Positions 37,931-48,383 of a stretch of DNA of 64,000 bases are shown in pieces. Both the position numbers and the translations under genes were made by a program. The notes beneath the pieces are model-generated. The model searched no databases. It saw only the letters and a list, made by a program, of their open reading frames with translations, and was not told the DNA's origin. How positions within the stretch are numbered: the first letter of the stretch is position 1; the number at the start of each line of letters is the position of its first letter. Origin of the DNA: Patescibacteria group bacterium (GTDB taxonomy: Bacteria > Patescibacteriota > WWE3 > UBA101185 > UBA10185); contig JBMORU010000001.1 in the NCBI GenBank assembly GCA_049322215.1, positions 516,023 to 580,022 on the forward strand, written 5' to 3'.

Positions 37931-38908
37931 ATGTCTAACATCAAAGAAAATAACGCAATAGAAAAATACCAATTCATCCATCACTTTTTACCACATCCTA
38001 AACACAAATCAAGAGCAAAGCTATTATCACACAAATCCCTCTTAACTTACATAGTAGTATTAGCAATCGTCTTCACTACTATGAGTATTATACCAGCCCA
38101 GTATCCTGGTGTCCTAGGTTATGCATCTAATATTAATGTTTCTGACTTGTTAAGAGAAACAAATGAAGTGCGTGCTCAACATGGGCTTAATCCCCTAGTT
38201 CTTAACGGACAGCTATCTACAGCTGCACAAAAAAAAGCAGAAGACATGTTTGCTGATGATTACTGGGCACATATAGCTCCTGATGGCCGTGAACCCTGGG
38301 ATTTTATTTTAGACTCCGGTTATGATTACTTATATGCAGGGGAAAATTTAGCTAAAAATTTTAACTCTTCGTCTGCCGTTGTTGATGCCTGGTTTAAATC
38401 ACCTTCACATAGGGAAAACTTGCTAAATTCAAACTATGATGACATAGGTTTTGCGGTAGTTAATGGTGTTTTAGATGGATACGAAACTACTTTAGTAGTT
38501 CAAATGTTTGGGCGTCCTCGTATTCAAGTACCAATTACCAACTCTGGGGATTCAGAGGGTCTTAGTCAAGTACGTTTAATAAATGAGGAATCGTTACCTA
38601 ACGTTATTCCTGTGGGTTCTCCCGCTTCTTTAGAAAATAACGAAACACCTTCTTACTCAGTAGTTCCAATAATGGCTTTTGATACTCAAAATGCTGCAGT
38701 TTTGCCTGCTATTGATGTTGCAATTGCGTATCGATCCATTAGCATAGCCTTTGTATTGTTTTTAATTTTTCTTTTGACTCTAGACGTTTGGTATTCAAAA
38801 AGGCATTCCATACCTAAAATTAATGGCCATACTTTGGTACACTTGACGTTCTTACTAATTACACTTATGGGGGTCTTAATAGCTATGGCTCCGGGAAGGG
38901 TTTTATAA
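37931..38908 (+). CDS. CAP (SCP/PR-1, YkwD-like) domain protein with N- and C-terminal TM segments
   Basis: It has CAP motifs (GENLAKNF, AWFKSPSHRENLLN, DDIGFAVV) and a hydrophobic C-terminus. Confidence 0.65.
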   Translation: MSNIKENNAIEKYQFIHHFLPHPKHKSRAKLLSHKSLLTYIVVLAIVFTTMSIIPAQYPGVLGYASNINVSDLLRETNEVRAQHGLNPLVLNGQLSTAAQKKAEDMFADDYWAHIAPDGREPWDFILDSGYDYLYAGENLAKNFNSSSAVVDAWFKSPSHRENLLNSNYDDIGFAVVNGVLDGYETTLVVQMFGRPRIQVPITNSGDSEGLSQVRLINEESLPNVIPVGSPASLENNETPSYSVVPIMAFDTQNAAVLPAIDVAIAYRSISIAFVLFLIFLLTLDVWYSKRHSIPKINGHTLVHLTFLLITLMGVLIAMAPGRVL

Positions 38909-39163
38909 ATGACACATAAACACTTATCTCATTATATTTTGCTTGTATTAGGCTTAGTGGTTACTATGCTTTTGTTCATTTATTTCAAATACAATCCTGC
39001 TGCACAAACAATAGTTGCTGGAGTAGGGGCTTTGTATTACATTTCATGGGGTTTAATTCATCATGGTATAGAAGGTCGTTTAGATAAAGCAGTATTGCTA
39101 GAATATGTACTATTTGGAATTATAGTGTTTGCTTTAGTGTTTGCTTCTATTTATTTTTTGTAA
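38909..39163 (+). CDS. hypothetical small membrane protein
   Basis: It is an 84-aa, 3-TM ORF immediately after the CAP-domain gene. Confidence 0.35.
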   Translation: MTHKHLSHYILLVLGLVVTMLLFIYFKYNPAAQTIVAGVGALYYISWGLIHHGIEGRLDKAVLLEYVLFGIIVFALVFASIYFL

Positions 39164-39194
39164 TTCTTTGGAATAGTAGTAATATAACTGCGGT

Positions 39195-40313
39195 ATGAAA
39201 GTTGTAATAGTAACACCCACATATAATGAACGTGAAAATATAGGCCGTATAATAGAGACGGTTGCTGGTGTTGCAAAAGAACTTAGTACACATGATTTGA
39301 TTTTACTTGTAGTAGATGGTAATTCCCCGGATGGTACAAGTGAATATGTGACTTCTCTTTCAAAAACGTATCCATTTGTACATTTATTAAGAGAAAAAGA
39401 AAAAGCGGGATTAGGCGCAGCCTATGTTCAAGGTTTTAAATATGGAATGACTGAGCTAAATGCAGATGTGTTGGTTGAAATGGATGGTGATTTTCAGCAT
39501 GATCCTAAAGATATTGTTAAATTTGTTAACGCTATTGAGCAGGGTGCCGACTATGTTATTGGTTCAAGATATGTTTCAGGGGGTCGTATACCAAAAGAAT
39601 GGGCATTTTACAGAAAGTTTCTAAGTTGGGGCGGTAGCTTATTTTCCAAAGTTGTCTTAGGCATTTTCTCAATAAATGATTTTACTTCAGGTTATAAGGC
39701 ATCAAGAGTTAAGGGTTTTGTAGATAAATTAGATTTAGATTCCATAATGTCTCAGGGCTTTGCTTATAAAATTGACCTTCTTTTTAAAATGCACAAAATT
39801 GGTGCGAAATTTGTGGAGGTACCAATAGTTTTTGGGCTTAGGGACAGAGGGGATTCAAAAATGGAAAAGGGCAATTTTATGGATTCTTTAAAGGTTGTAA
39901 TTCTATTACGCATTAGAGATAATCCCAGTTTTTTTAAATTTTTAGTAGTTGGATTAGTTGGTTTAGGTGTTGACTTAGGTTTGTTTAATGTTTTACGGGT
40001 AACGCTTTTAAGTTCGGAATATGCTAGTGCTTTTTCTGGTTTTATAGCCATGTTGACTACCTACATTCTTAACAATGCTTGGTCATTTAATGATAGAAAA
40101 ATTAATTCATTAAAGGGTAAGTTAACTTCTTTACCTTTTTACATATTAGTGTCTTATATTCCAATTTTATTAAGGAGTATACTAGTTAAATATTCTATAC
40201 TTTATTTAGGTGATACTTGGTACATATCAAATAGCGCCTTTTTCGTTGGTGTTTTATTTGGTATTGCGTGGAATTACACCATATACAATAAGGTAATATG
40301 GAGGAAAAAATAA
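39195..40313 (+). CDS. GT2 polyprenol-phosphate sugar synthase (Dpm1-like) fused to C-terminal GtrA-like domain
   Basis: It begins VIVTPTYNEREN... and has LLVVDGNSPDGT and a DxD-like motif. The C-terminal 120 aa are GtrA-like 4-TM (FLKFLVVGLVGLGVDLGLFNVL). Confidence 0.7.
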   Translation: MKVVIVTPTYNERENIGRIIETVAGVAKELSTHDLILLVVDGNSPDGTSEYVTSLSKTYPFVHLLREKEKAGLGAAYVQGFKYGMTELNADVLVEMDGDFQHDPKDIVKFVNAIEQGADYVIGSRYVSGGRIPKEWAFYRKFLSWGGSLFSKVVLGIFSINDFTSGYKASRVKGFVDKLDLDSIMSQGFAYKIDLLFKMHKIGAKFVEVPIVFGLRDRGDSKMEKGNFMDSLKVVILLRIRDNPSFFKFLVVGLVGLGVDLGLFNVLRVTLLSSEYASAFSGFIAMLTTYILNNAWSFNDRKINSLKGKLTSLPFYILVSYIPILLRSILVKYSILYLGDTWYISNSAFFVGVLFGIAWNYTIYNKVIWRKK

Positions 40314-40314
40314 A

Positions 40315-41067
40315 ATGACAGAGTTTTCTATAGTTATTCCTGCATACAATGAGGAATCAAGAATTATTAGCACTTTAACGCAAACTATTAATTTTATGAA
40401 TTCCTTTTCAGATGCTTTTGAAATAATAGTAGTCGATGATGGAAGCAGTGACTCAACAGTAGATATTGTTTCGAAATATGCAAAAGAGCGTTCCAACATA
40501 AAATTAATACAGAATTCTCATAAAGGTAAGGGCTATGCTGTGAGAACAGGGGTATTAAATGCCCTTGGGGAATATATATTGCTTTCCGATGCCGATATGG
40601 CAACTCCAATTGAAGAACTAAAGCGACTGCACGTGTGGATGAAAGATAGCGATTTTGATGTTGTTATCGCATCTAGAGAGGGTGTTGGCGCTCGAAGAAA
40701 TAAAGAACCGTTTATTCGTCACTTAATGGGTCGAATTTTTAATATGATGATTCGTTTACTATTGGTGCCTGAAATTCAAGATACCCAATGTGGGTTCAAG
40801 CTTTTTAAGAAAAAAGCTGCCTATGATATTTTTAGGCGTTTGGTTTTATACGGAGAAAATGCTAAAGAACTTAAACATCCACGCGTAACTGCTTTTGATG
40901 TAGAAGTTTTGTTTGTTGCAAGAAAACTAAACTATCGCATCAAAGAAGTTCCTGTGACATGGACATATGATGCCGGCACAAAAGTAAATAAAATAAGAGA
41001 CTCTATAGTCAATTTTATTGACATTCTCACTATAAAAGTAAATTCCTTGCAAGGCAAATACAATTAG
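40315..41067 (+). CDS. GT2 glycosyltransferase (dolichyl/polyprenyl-phosphate beta-glucosyltransferase-like)
   Basis: It has FSIVIPAYNEE, VVDDGSSDST and LSDADMATP. Confidence 0.7.
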   Translation: MTEFSIVIPAYNEESRIISTLTQTINFMNSFSDAFEIIVVDDGSSDSTVDIVSKYAKERSNIKLIQNSHKGKGYAVRTGVLNALGEYILLSDADMATPIEELKRLHVWMKDSDFDVVIASREGVGARRNKEPFIRHLMGRIFNMMIRLLLVPEIQDTQCGFKLFKKKAAYDIFRRLVLYGENAKELKHPRVTAFDVEVLFVARKLNYRIKEVPVTWTYDAGTKVNKIRDSIVNFIDILTIKVNSLQGKYN

Positions 41068-41121
41068 TAAGCTTAAGTGCTTTACTAATAGGTGGTACAT
41101 AGTTTAGAATCTAATCCCGTT

Positions 41122-42492
41122 ATGAAACTTTGTGTAATTGGTACAGGTTATGTAGGTTTAGTTGGTGCCGCGATTTTCGCGGACTGGGGTAACGAAGTAG
41201 TTGGTGTTGATATTGACGCTACCAAAATTAAAAAAATCCAGGAGGGCATTATGCCTATTTATGAGCCTGGTCTTAAATCCATAGTTTTAGACAACATAAA
41301 ATCAGGACGTTTAAAGTTTACTACAAAGCTTAAAGCAGGCATGAAAGATGCAGATATAGTTTTTATATGCGTTGGTACTCCTCAAAGCGATACCGGAGCT
41401 GCCGACTTATCTTTTGTAACTACTGTTGCCAAAGATATTGGTAAAAACTTGGTACCTGGTGAATACAAACTAGTAGTAACAAAAAGTACTGTTCCTGTTG
41501 GGACTAATGAGTACGTAAAATCTATTATTTCAAAAAATGCGCATAAAGATGCCGAATTTGATATAGCTTCCAATCCTGAATTTTTACGTGAGGGTTATTC
41601 TGTGGAGGATATGCGCAACACCGATAGAACCGTAATTGGTTTTGAAACCGAACGTGCCGGTAAATTGTTGCATAAACTATACCATCATTTGCTATCTCCA
41701 ATTGTAGACTGTGATTTGCGTTCCGCGGAGATGATTAAATATGCTTCTAATGCTTTTCTGGCGACAAAAATATCTTTTATAAATGAAATAGCACAACTTT
41801 GTGAGCGCGCGGGTGCCGATGTAGACTTAGTTTCAAAAGGTATGGGTTTAGATAGCCGAATTGGCTCAAGGTTTTTGCAAGCAAGTACTGGTTATGGAGG
41901 AAGTTGCTTTCCCAAAGATGTGGCTGCTTTATACAAAACCTCAAGTGATCAAGCATATGACTTTAAACTTTTGCGCGGTGTTATGGAGGTTAATGAACGT
42001 CAAAAAGAGTTTTTTGTACATAAAATCACCAAGTTTTTAGGTGAGAACTTGTCAGGTAAAACCATTGCATGCTTAGGGTTGGCATTTAAAGAAAATACAG
42101 ATGACACTAGAGAGTCTGTAGCAATCAGTATTGTACAGATGTTACGCGGTAAAGGGGCACACATACGAGCTTTTGATCCTGCGGCAAACGAGAACGCAAA
42201 AAAAATTCTGGGTGAAGGTCAAATTCACTATGCTACAAGTATTGGGGATGCCCTAAAAGGATCGGATGTGCTTTGCATTTTAACTCCTTGGGATGATTTT
42301 AGAGGTTTGACTACGGAAGAATTACTTCAACTAAATGATAAAGTTGTATTTGACGGTCGTAATTTACTTGATAAGGACGAAATACAGGAAGTTGGAATTA
42401 TGTACTTTGCTATAGGTAAAAGAACCAACGGAAGCGAAGAAATATCCCGAAGTGGGCCGTACGCTATTTTAAATGGTGATAAACTTAAGTAA
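41122..42492 (+). CDS. ugd: UDP-glucose 6-dehydrogenase family (nucleotide-sugar dehydrogenase)
   Basis: It has an N-terminal Rossmann (MKLCVIGTGYVGL) and the catalytic GGSCFPKD. An alternative upstream ATG lies at 41092. Confidence 0.8.
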   Translation: MKLCVIGTGYVGLVGAAIFADWGNEVVGVDIDATKIKKIQEGIMPIYEPGLKSIVLDNIKSGRLKFTTKLKAGMKDADIVFICVGTPQSDTGAADLSFVTTVAKDIGKNLVPGEYKLVVTKSTVPVGTNEYVKSIISKNAHKDAEFDIASNPEFLREGYSVEDMRNTDRTVIGFETERAGKLLHKLYHHLLSPIVDCDLRSAEMIKYASNAFLATKISFINEIAQLCERAGADVDLVSKGMGLDSRIGSRFLQASTGYGGSCFPKDVAALYKTSSDQAYDFKLLRGVMEVNERQKEFFVHKITKFLGENLSGKTIACLGLAFKENTDDTRESVAISIVQMLRGKGAHIRAFDPAANENAKKILGEGQIHYATSIGDALKGSDVLCILTPWDDFRGLTTEELLQLNDKVVFDGRNLLDKDEIQEVGIMYFAIGKRTNGSEEISRSGPYAILNGDKLK

Positions 42493-42501
42493 ACTTGTCT
42501 C

Positions 42502-43725
42502 ATGAAGACTGTTCTTTATTTTATACCTGAATTTCCCCGAATTTCTGAAACTTTCATTGAAAGAGAAGTAGCTCATTTGCTGAATAATCCTGAAATTGAT
42601 TTGCATGTGTTTTCTTTACAAAAAGCATCTGGAAGCACTAGCGCTGCTGTGCTGAAAAAAACTACCTATAAAAGACTAAAGATTAAACATTTACCTCGTT
42701 TATTTGTATTTTTTGTAAAAAATGTGCACAAGTTACCCTTACTTATAAATTTGGCATCCGGTCCTGATAGGTTATCTTACTTAAGAAGGTATTGGCATGT
42801 TATTAAGTCTTTTGGTTATGCTATGTTTTTTAGCGAATTTTCCCCAGATCATATTCATGCGCATTTCTTTTCTGAACCATCAAACATTGCAATGTTTGCA
42901 TCAAAAATTTTGAACGTGCCATTTAGTGTTTCTGCCCATGCAAGAGATATTTTTGTAGATGCAACCTTACTGCCTATAAAAGCAAAAGAAGCTAAATTTG
43001 TTGCCATTTGTAACCAAAGAGCCTGGGGTAGAGCTTTAGAACTAGTTGGAAATGAGTATAGGCATAAGTTACATATGATTTACCATGGTATAGACCATGA
43101 AAAGATATTTTCATTTCCTCCTAGCTTAGATAAACCCGCCAAACCAGTCATATTTCTTGGAGGTACGCGTTTGGTAGAAAAGAAAGGGATTAAATATGTA
43201 ATCGAAGCTTCCAAATTGTTGAAGGAACGCGGCATTGATCATGTAGTTAATTTGGTAGGTCCCGGACCATTATTTAAAGAGTTGTCAGAATTAATTACAC
43301 ACTTAGGTTTGGAAGACACCGTTATTATACATGGTGGTGGAAACGGAACCCCGTTTGCTGTAGTAGCAGATCACTACAAAATTGCCGATATATTTGTATT
43401 TCCTTCATTTGAAACTGGTGAAGGAGATATGGATGGTGTGCCAACCGTTGTAATAGAAGCATCTATGGCAAAACTTCCAATTATTACTACAAATGCAGGT
43501 AGTATTTCAGACTTAATTACCCGTGAGAATGGCATAATAATTCCTCAAAAGAATTCTCAAGCTATTGCAAATGCTATAGAGGAATTGCTTTTAAACCCTG
43601 AGTTACGTGAAAGCTTAGGTAAAAAAGCATATGAAAAAGCAGTTAAGATGTTTGACATAAATAAAAACATATCAACTCTTGCTTCCTATTTTCTTCAGAA
43701 AACAAAAGCTAAGGATTTTTGTTAA
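42502..43725 (+). CDS. GT4-family glycosyltransferase
   Basis: It has a GT-B C-terminal domain with ...EGDMDGVPTVVIEASMAKLPIITT.... Confidence 0.7.
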   Translation: MKTVLYFIPEFPRISETFIEREVAHLLNNPEIDLHVFSLQKASGSTSAAVLKKTTYKRLKIKHLPRLFVFFVKNVHKLPLLINLASGPDRLSYLRRYWHVIKSFGYAMFFSEFSPDHIHAHFFSEPSNIAMFASKILNVPFSVSAHARDIFVDATLLPIKAKEAKFVAICNQRAWGRALELVGNEYRHKLHMIYHGIDHEKIFSFPPSLDKPAKPVIFLGGTRLVEKKGIKYVIEASKLLKERGIDHVVNLVGPGPLFKELSELITHLGLEDTVIIHGGGNGTPFAVVADHYKIADIFVFPSFETGEGDMDGVPTVVIEASMAKLPIITTNAGSISDLITRENGIIIPQKNSQAIANAIEELLLNPELRESLGKKAYEKAVKMFDINKNISTLASYFLQKTKAKDFC

Positions 43726-43735
43726 AATACATACC

Positions 43736-44932
43736 ATGAGAATAGCTGTGTTTATAAAGAACACTACACTACATAGTACATATGGCGGTTTAGAGACCCA
43801 AAATAAAGTTTTATGTGAGTCTTTAGCTAAATTTGGTCACGAAGTATATGTTTTTGCTCCGAAAAAGGGTCTTTCCCTTGAAGAGAAAGTTGAAAACAAC
43901 GTTAATTATATATTTGTTCCTGCAATTTTTAAGAGATTCAGCTATTTATACTCTTTGAGTGGTGAAAGTTGGATAAATAAATCCTATTCAGTTTTTGCCC
44001 ATACTAATGCACAAAAGAAATTTGATATAGTTGTTAGTCAGAGCTCTGCGGGATTAGGAATAATTAAACATAAAAATGTACTTGAAGTTCCAATAGTTGC
44101 TATAGCACACGGATCAAAAATGGGCGAGCTTAAAACCCGGTTACGAGAACTTAGTTCTTTTAAGGAAGTTTGCCGATTAGGTATAGATATTCCACATATA
44201 TTTCGAGCATTCTTTATTACCCAGCGTGAATTTGTTTTAGGGTCAAACAAAATTGTGGCAGTATCAAATGCTGTTAAAGTGGCGCTGATTGAAGAAACAT
44301 TTATAAACGATTCTAAAGTTGAGGTTATACACAACGGATTAGATCCCGAGCTTTTCTCCTTTAAAAAGAGCAGCGCTCATAAGTTTACTCGTTTGCTTTA
44401 CGTTGGGAGGCTTGAGCAGTCAAAGGGAATTCATATTTTACTAAAAGCAATAAGCTCTAAAAAAATTGATAATGTAATTTTAACTATTATTGGGTCTGGG
44501 CCTTATGAAAAGCAACTTAAGCATTTAGTCAAAGAGTTAGACTTATATAATGTGGTGAGTTTCAAAGGTAGCCTTCCGCATGATAAGGTAATAAATGAAT
44601 ATGCTGAGGCTGACATTTTTATACTTCCTTCTTTGAGAGTAGAAGGATTTCCTATGACCTTGGTAGAAGCTATGCTTTCTGGGTTGCCGATTATTGCTTC
44701 AAATATAGGTGGGAATTCTGATGCCGTGACAAATGAGGAAACTGGTTTTTTAGTTACTCCTGGAGAAACTAAAGAGTTAAGAGATCGTATTCATGCCCTA
44801 GTTAGTTCACCTAAATTGCAGAAGCAGTTTGGTAAAAATGGTAGAATGATAGCCCGAAGTCATTTTTCAGTAAACATTATGACCAAGAAGTATTTAGATG
44901 TATTTAAGGACCTAATAAATGAAAATTCTTAG
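43736..44932 (+). CDS. GT4-family glycosyltransferase
   Basis: It has ...EGFPMTLVEAMLSGLPIIAS.... The ATG at 43736 is chosen over the upstream overlapping start. Confidence 0.7.
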   Translation: MRIAVFIKNTTLHSTYGGLETQNKVLCESLAKFGHEVYVFAPKKGLSLEEKVENNVNYIFVPAIFKRFSYLYSLSGESWINKSYSVFAHTNAQKKFDIVVSQSSAGLGIIKHKNVLEVPIVAIAHGSKMGELKTRLRELSSFKEVCRLGIDIPHIFRAFFITQREFVLGSNKIVAVSNAVKVALIEETFINDSKVEVIHNGLDPELFSFKKSSAHKFTRLLYVGRLEQSKGIHILLKAISSKKIDNVILTIIGSGPYEKQLKHLVKELDLYNVVSFKGSLPHDKVINEYAEADIFILPSLRVEGFPMTLVEAMLSGLPIIASNIGGNSDAVTNEETGFLVTPGETKELRDRIHALVSSPKLQKQFGKNGRMIARSHFSVNIMTKKYLDVFKDLINENS

Positions 44933-46127
44933 AATTATTTACGAGTGGCCCCCTCCGTGGGATGGGTTAACCGCACACCCATACGAGCTTACTGTGTCGC
45001 AAAGCAAATTGGGGCATGAAATTGAAATAATTTGTGGAAGATGGCCTCGTGCTGGTGATATAGAGCAAGTAAAAAATGTAAAACTACATCCTTTAATTAG
45101 AGAACCTTTAAATGGTTTGCTTTTAATTACGGTTGCTCCTTTGGTTTTGTTTAAATATTTATCAGTTTCCAGGCGTTTTAAACCTGATGTTGTTCACATT
45201 CACGGGCACTTTGGTTTATATGTGTACTTGTATAGAACCTTTTTAGGTAAGTTTTATAAAAAAAGCTTAGAGTTAAGTGTTCCCATAGTTTCACACTTTC
45301 ATAATACTGTCGCCGGAAGATGGGAAGCCTCTCGTGAAAATAATATCGAACTCAAGCCTTTAACTAAATTGGTACATTGGCCTTTAGCAAAAGTTTCCGA
45401 TTCATTGGCAGTTAAACATGCTTCTGCTTGTGTTTTTGTTAGCGAGGCAACTAAGCAAGAGGCAATAAAGCACTATAATGCTTCTCCCGAAAAATGTTTT
45501 GTCGTAGAAACTGGGGTAAATCCCATTTTGTTTTCGAGGGTTTCTCAAGAGGAGAAAGAAAAAACACGAAAAGACTTAGGGTTAGATAATTACGATAAGG
45601 TGATTTTAAATAATGGAGCCATGGTCGAAAGAAAAAACATACACTTGCTAGTAGAGGCGTTAAAACATCTTCCCATAGAATATAAATTACTTCTTGTTGG
45701 CCCTGGAGATCCTGACTATATGTATAAACTAGATACATTAATAGCTGACAACCAACTTAATCATCGTGTAGTAAAAGTGGGCTATACTCCGTACCCTAAT
45801 GTTCCTATTGCATTTCAAGCAGCCGATATATTTGTTTTACCATCAGGTTGGGAGGGTCTTCCAAAAGTTGTAATGCAAAGTCTTGCTTGTGCTGTTCCCA
45901 CTCTTGCATCTGGGTTTAAGTTGGCAAATCCCGTTGAGGGTTTATTTTATATACAAGAGCTTACTCCCGAAACTATTGCACGCCAAATAAAACAAATAGT
46001 TGAGGATGATCCATTTGTTGATTCAAATACAATTGCGTTGCACTATTCCTGGGATACTAAGGCACAGCAACTTGAGCAGGTTTATCAGTTTGTTCTTAAT
46101 CAAGACACCAATGTTCAACCTCAATAA
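44919..46127 (+). CDS. GT4-family glycosyltransferase
   Basis: It has ...EGLPKVVMQSLACAVPTLAS.... Confidence 0.65.
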   Translation: MKILRIIYEWPPPWDGLTAHPYELTVSQSKLGHEIEIICGRWPRAGDIEQVKNVKLHPLIREPLNGLLLITVAPLVLFKYLSVSRRFKPDVVHIHGHFGLYVYLYRTFLGKFYKKSLELSVPIVSHFHNTVAGRWEASRENNIELKPLTKLVHWPLAKVSDSLAVKHASACVFVSEATKQEAIKHYNASPEKCFVVETGVNPILFSRVSQEEKEKTRKDLGLDNYDKVILNNGAMVERKNIHLLVEALKHLPIEYKLLLVGPGDPDYMYKLDTLIADNQLNHRVVKVGYTPYPNVPIAFQAADIFVLPSGWEGLPKVVMQSLACAVPTLASGFKLANPVEGLFYIQELTPETIARQIKQIVEDDPFVDSNTIALHYSWDTKAQQLEQVYQFVLNQDTNVQPQ

Positions 46128-47691
46128 TTTATTTAAAAAGTTTCTATTTGTTTTCATACTTTTGCACTTAATTTTATTTAACATTAATGCTGCTGAGTGG
46201 GGTGATTCTTATCGAATTTTACGTGCATCTAATTATATTCGTGATTTTAGTTATCCTGCTGATGAAAAACGTCCTCCTTTATTTTCTTCAGCCTTAGCAA
46301 CTTATCCATCCTTTGTGGATCCTGTTGTTTGGGGTCGTTTTATTATGCTTATTATTAGTGTTCTGGCTTTATACTTTTCTTACAAGATCTTTAAGTACTT
46401 CAGGCCAACTTCTTCAACTTATGAAAATTTGCTTTATTTAATGTTAGTAGGATTAAATCCAGTTTATTTATACTGGTCTATAAGATTAATGGCAGATGTT
46501 CCTTTTTCTTTAATAGTACTAGTTAGTTTTTACTTGTATTTAACTTGGAGAAATGAAAACTCCGTTTTAAAACCTTTTATTGTAGGGTTGTTTGCGGCTT
46601 TATCGGTACTTACTCGTTTTGAAGGTTTTATTTTATTTGGCTCCTTAGGACTAGGGTATTTACTAAATAATGCCGATTTAAAAAACTTACTTAACAATAC
46701 AAAAAAGCGTTTTTATACTCTTTTAAGTTATGTATTTGGTTTTATTGCAGTTACATTTCCTTATTTCTTAATTCGCAATCCATTTACATCTTCTTACTTT
46801 GAAGAACCCGGACGTCGTTTATATGACATTAACACTGCTGCAATTTTTCTATTATCGTTAGTTTTCCTTTTTGGGTTTACAAGTGCTTTATTTTTTGTTT
46901 TGGCAGGATTAAATAATCACAAGTTATTAAGTCAAATTAAACAACTGTTTATTTCTATTCCTGGGTTGTTAGTTTTTATTTTAATTGAGACTACTCTTGT
47001 GCTTTTATGGCCTGCCGCAGTTCCAAGACTATTTGTTGCAATAATTCCGTTTATTGCTATTCCAATTGCTTACCTTATAAATGCTTATTTTGAAAATAGC
47101 AAAAAACCTAATTTGCGCGATCTTTTTCTTTTAGGTTTGTTACTTGGCGTATTTGTTTTGGGTCAATTTCACTATCGTTTACAGTTTTTGGTGGTAATGA
47201 AGTATGTCTTTGTTTTTGTTGTTATACTTCAACTTTTTAATATCTTCTTTATTTATTTAAAATTTTATAAAGGGTTTTTATTTACTTTATTTATGTCATT
47301 GCTTATATGGAGTTTTTCTTCTATTTGGATTCATAAGGATATATTTAGTGTAATAAAAGAAGCTAATGTGTTTGTAAACTCAAGGTTGTGTGGAACAATT
47401 GGTCATAATGATGTTAGCAGCGTTTCTGATTGGTATTTAAACCAATTGCAGCCTAATACAAACATTAGTGCCTGTAGAAAAGGTGTATATTTAGATATAA
47501 CTGATAAGTCCAATAGAGAATATGATGTTTTGTTAGAAAAGGGCATAGATTATATATTAGTAACTAATGAACATAATACGGACACAACAATAAACTTAAG
47601 CGAGTGGCCACATCTTGAAGAAATTGCAGAATTTGAAAAAACTGTGAATGGTAAAAGGTTTTTTACGAAAGTTATAAAATTTAACAGGTAA
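46111..47691 (+). CDS. GT-C-type integral membrane glycosyltransferase (ArnT/PMT-like)
   Basis: It has about 12 TM helices and a first-loop acidic motif (YPADEKRPPLF). It lies next to an ArnC-like GT2. Confidence 0.5.
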   Translation: MFNLNNLFKKFLFVFILLHLILFNINAAEWGDSYRILRASNYIRDFSYPADEKRPPLFSSALATYPSFVDPVVWGRFIMLIISVLALYFSYKIFKYFRPTSSTYENLLYLMLVGLNPVYLYWSIRLMADVPFSLIVLVSFYLYLTWRNENSVLKPFIVGLFAALSVLTRFEGFILFGSLGLGYLLNNADLKNLLNNTKKRFYTLLSYVFGFIAVTFPYFLIRNPFTSSYFEEPGRRLYDINTAAIFLLSLVFLFGFTSALFFVLAGLNNHKLLSQIKQLFISIPGLLVFILIETTLVLLWPAAVPRLFVAIIPFIAIPIAYLINAYFENSKKPNLRDLFLLGLLLGVFVLGQFHYRLQFLVVMKYVFVFVVILQLFNIFFIYLKFYKGFLFTLFMSLLIWSFSSIWIHKDIFSVIKEANVFVNSRLCGTIGHNDVSSVSDWYLNQLQPNTNISACRKGVYLDITDKSNREYDVLLEKGIDYILVTNEHNTDTTINLSEWPHLEEIAEFEKTVNGKRFFTKVIKFNR

Positions 47692-47693
47692 AA

Positions 47694-48380
47694 ATGAAAT
47701 TATCGGTAGTTATTCCCGTTTACAATGAAAAGGAGACCTTACTAAAAATATTAAAAAAAGTAGAGGCTGTTGAAGGTCTTGATAAGGAGATTATTTTAGT
47801 TGACGATGCCTCAACTGATGGAAGTACTGAACTACTAAAAAAAATACAAAAGAAAAACCCTGAGTATAAAATAGTATTTAAGGAAATTAATAGTGGAAAA
47901 GGGGCAAGCTTGCGAGAAGGTTTCAAACGCACCACAGGAGATTACGTTATAGTTCAAGATGCTGATCTTGAATACTATCCTTCTGATTATTTAGTATTAT
48001 TACGCGCTTTAAATGAGAGTGGGGCGGATGTTATTTACGGCTCCAGATTTTCGGGAAATTATGAAGACATGTCTAGTTTGCATTACTTTGGTAATAAGTT
48101 TTTAACTATCATTACAAGTATTTTATTTGGAGTACTACTAACTGATATGGAGACATGTTATAAGTTACTACCTGGTAAATTTGCCCGAAACGTAGATATT
48201 AAGTCTAATAGGTTTAACTTTGAGCCTGAAATAACTGCTAAAATAATTAGAGCAGGGCTTCGCATAAAAGAAGTTCCTATTAAGTACAGTGGTAGATCTC
48301 ATTCTGAAGGTAAAAAAATAACTTGGCGCGATGGCTTTTCGGCGATTTATACTTTACTTAAGTTTAGATTTTTTAGTTAA
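47694..48380 (+). CDS. GT2 polyprenol-phosphate glycosyltransferase (ArnC/Dpm1-like)
   Basis: It begins KLSVVIPVYNEKETL and has VDDASTDGS and DADLEY. Confidence 0.7.
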   Translation: MKLSVVIPVYNEKETLLKILKKVEAVEGLDKEIILVDDASTDGSTELLKKIQKKNPEYKIVFKEINSGKGASLREGFKRTTGDYVIVQDADLEYYPSDYLVLLRALNESGADVIYGSRFSGNYEDMSSLHYFGNKFLTIITSILFGVLLTDMETCYKLLPGKFARNVDIKSNRFNFEPEITAKIIRAGLRIKEVPIKYSGRSHSEGKKITWRDGFSAIYTLLKFRFFS

Positions 48381-48383
48381 ATT

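Noticed and set aside
46000-46110. N-terminal 37-codon extension of the GT-C ORF overlapping the preceding GT4 gene
   Set aside because: The internal ATG at 46111 gives a hydrophobic signal-anchor start and only a 17-nt overlap. The upstream part lies within the GT4 coding sequence.
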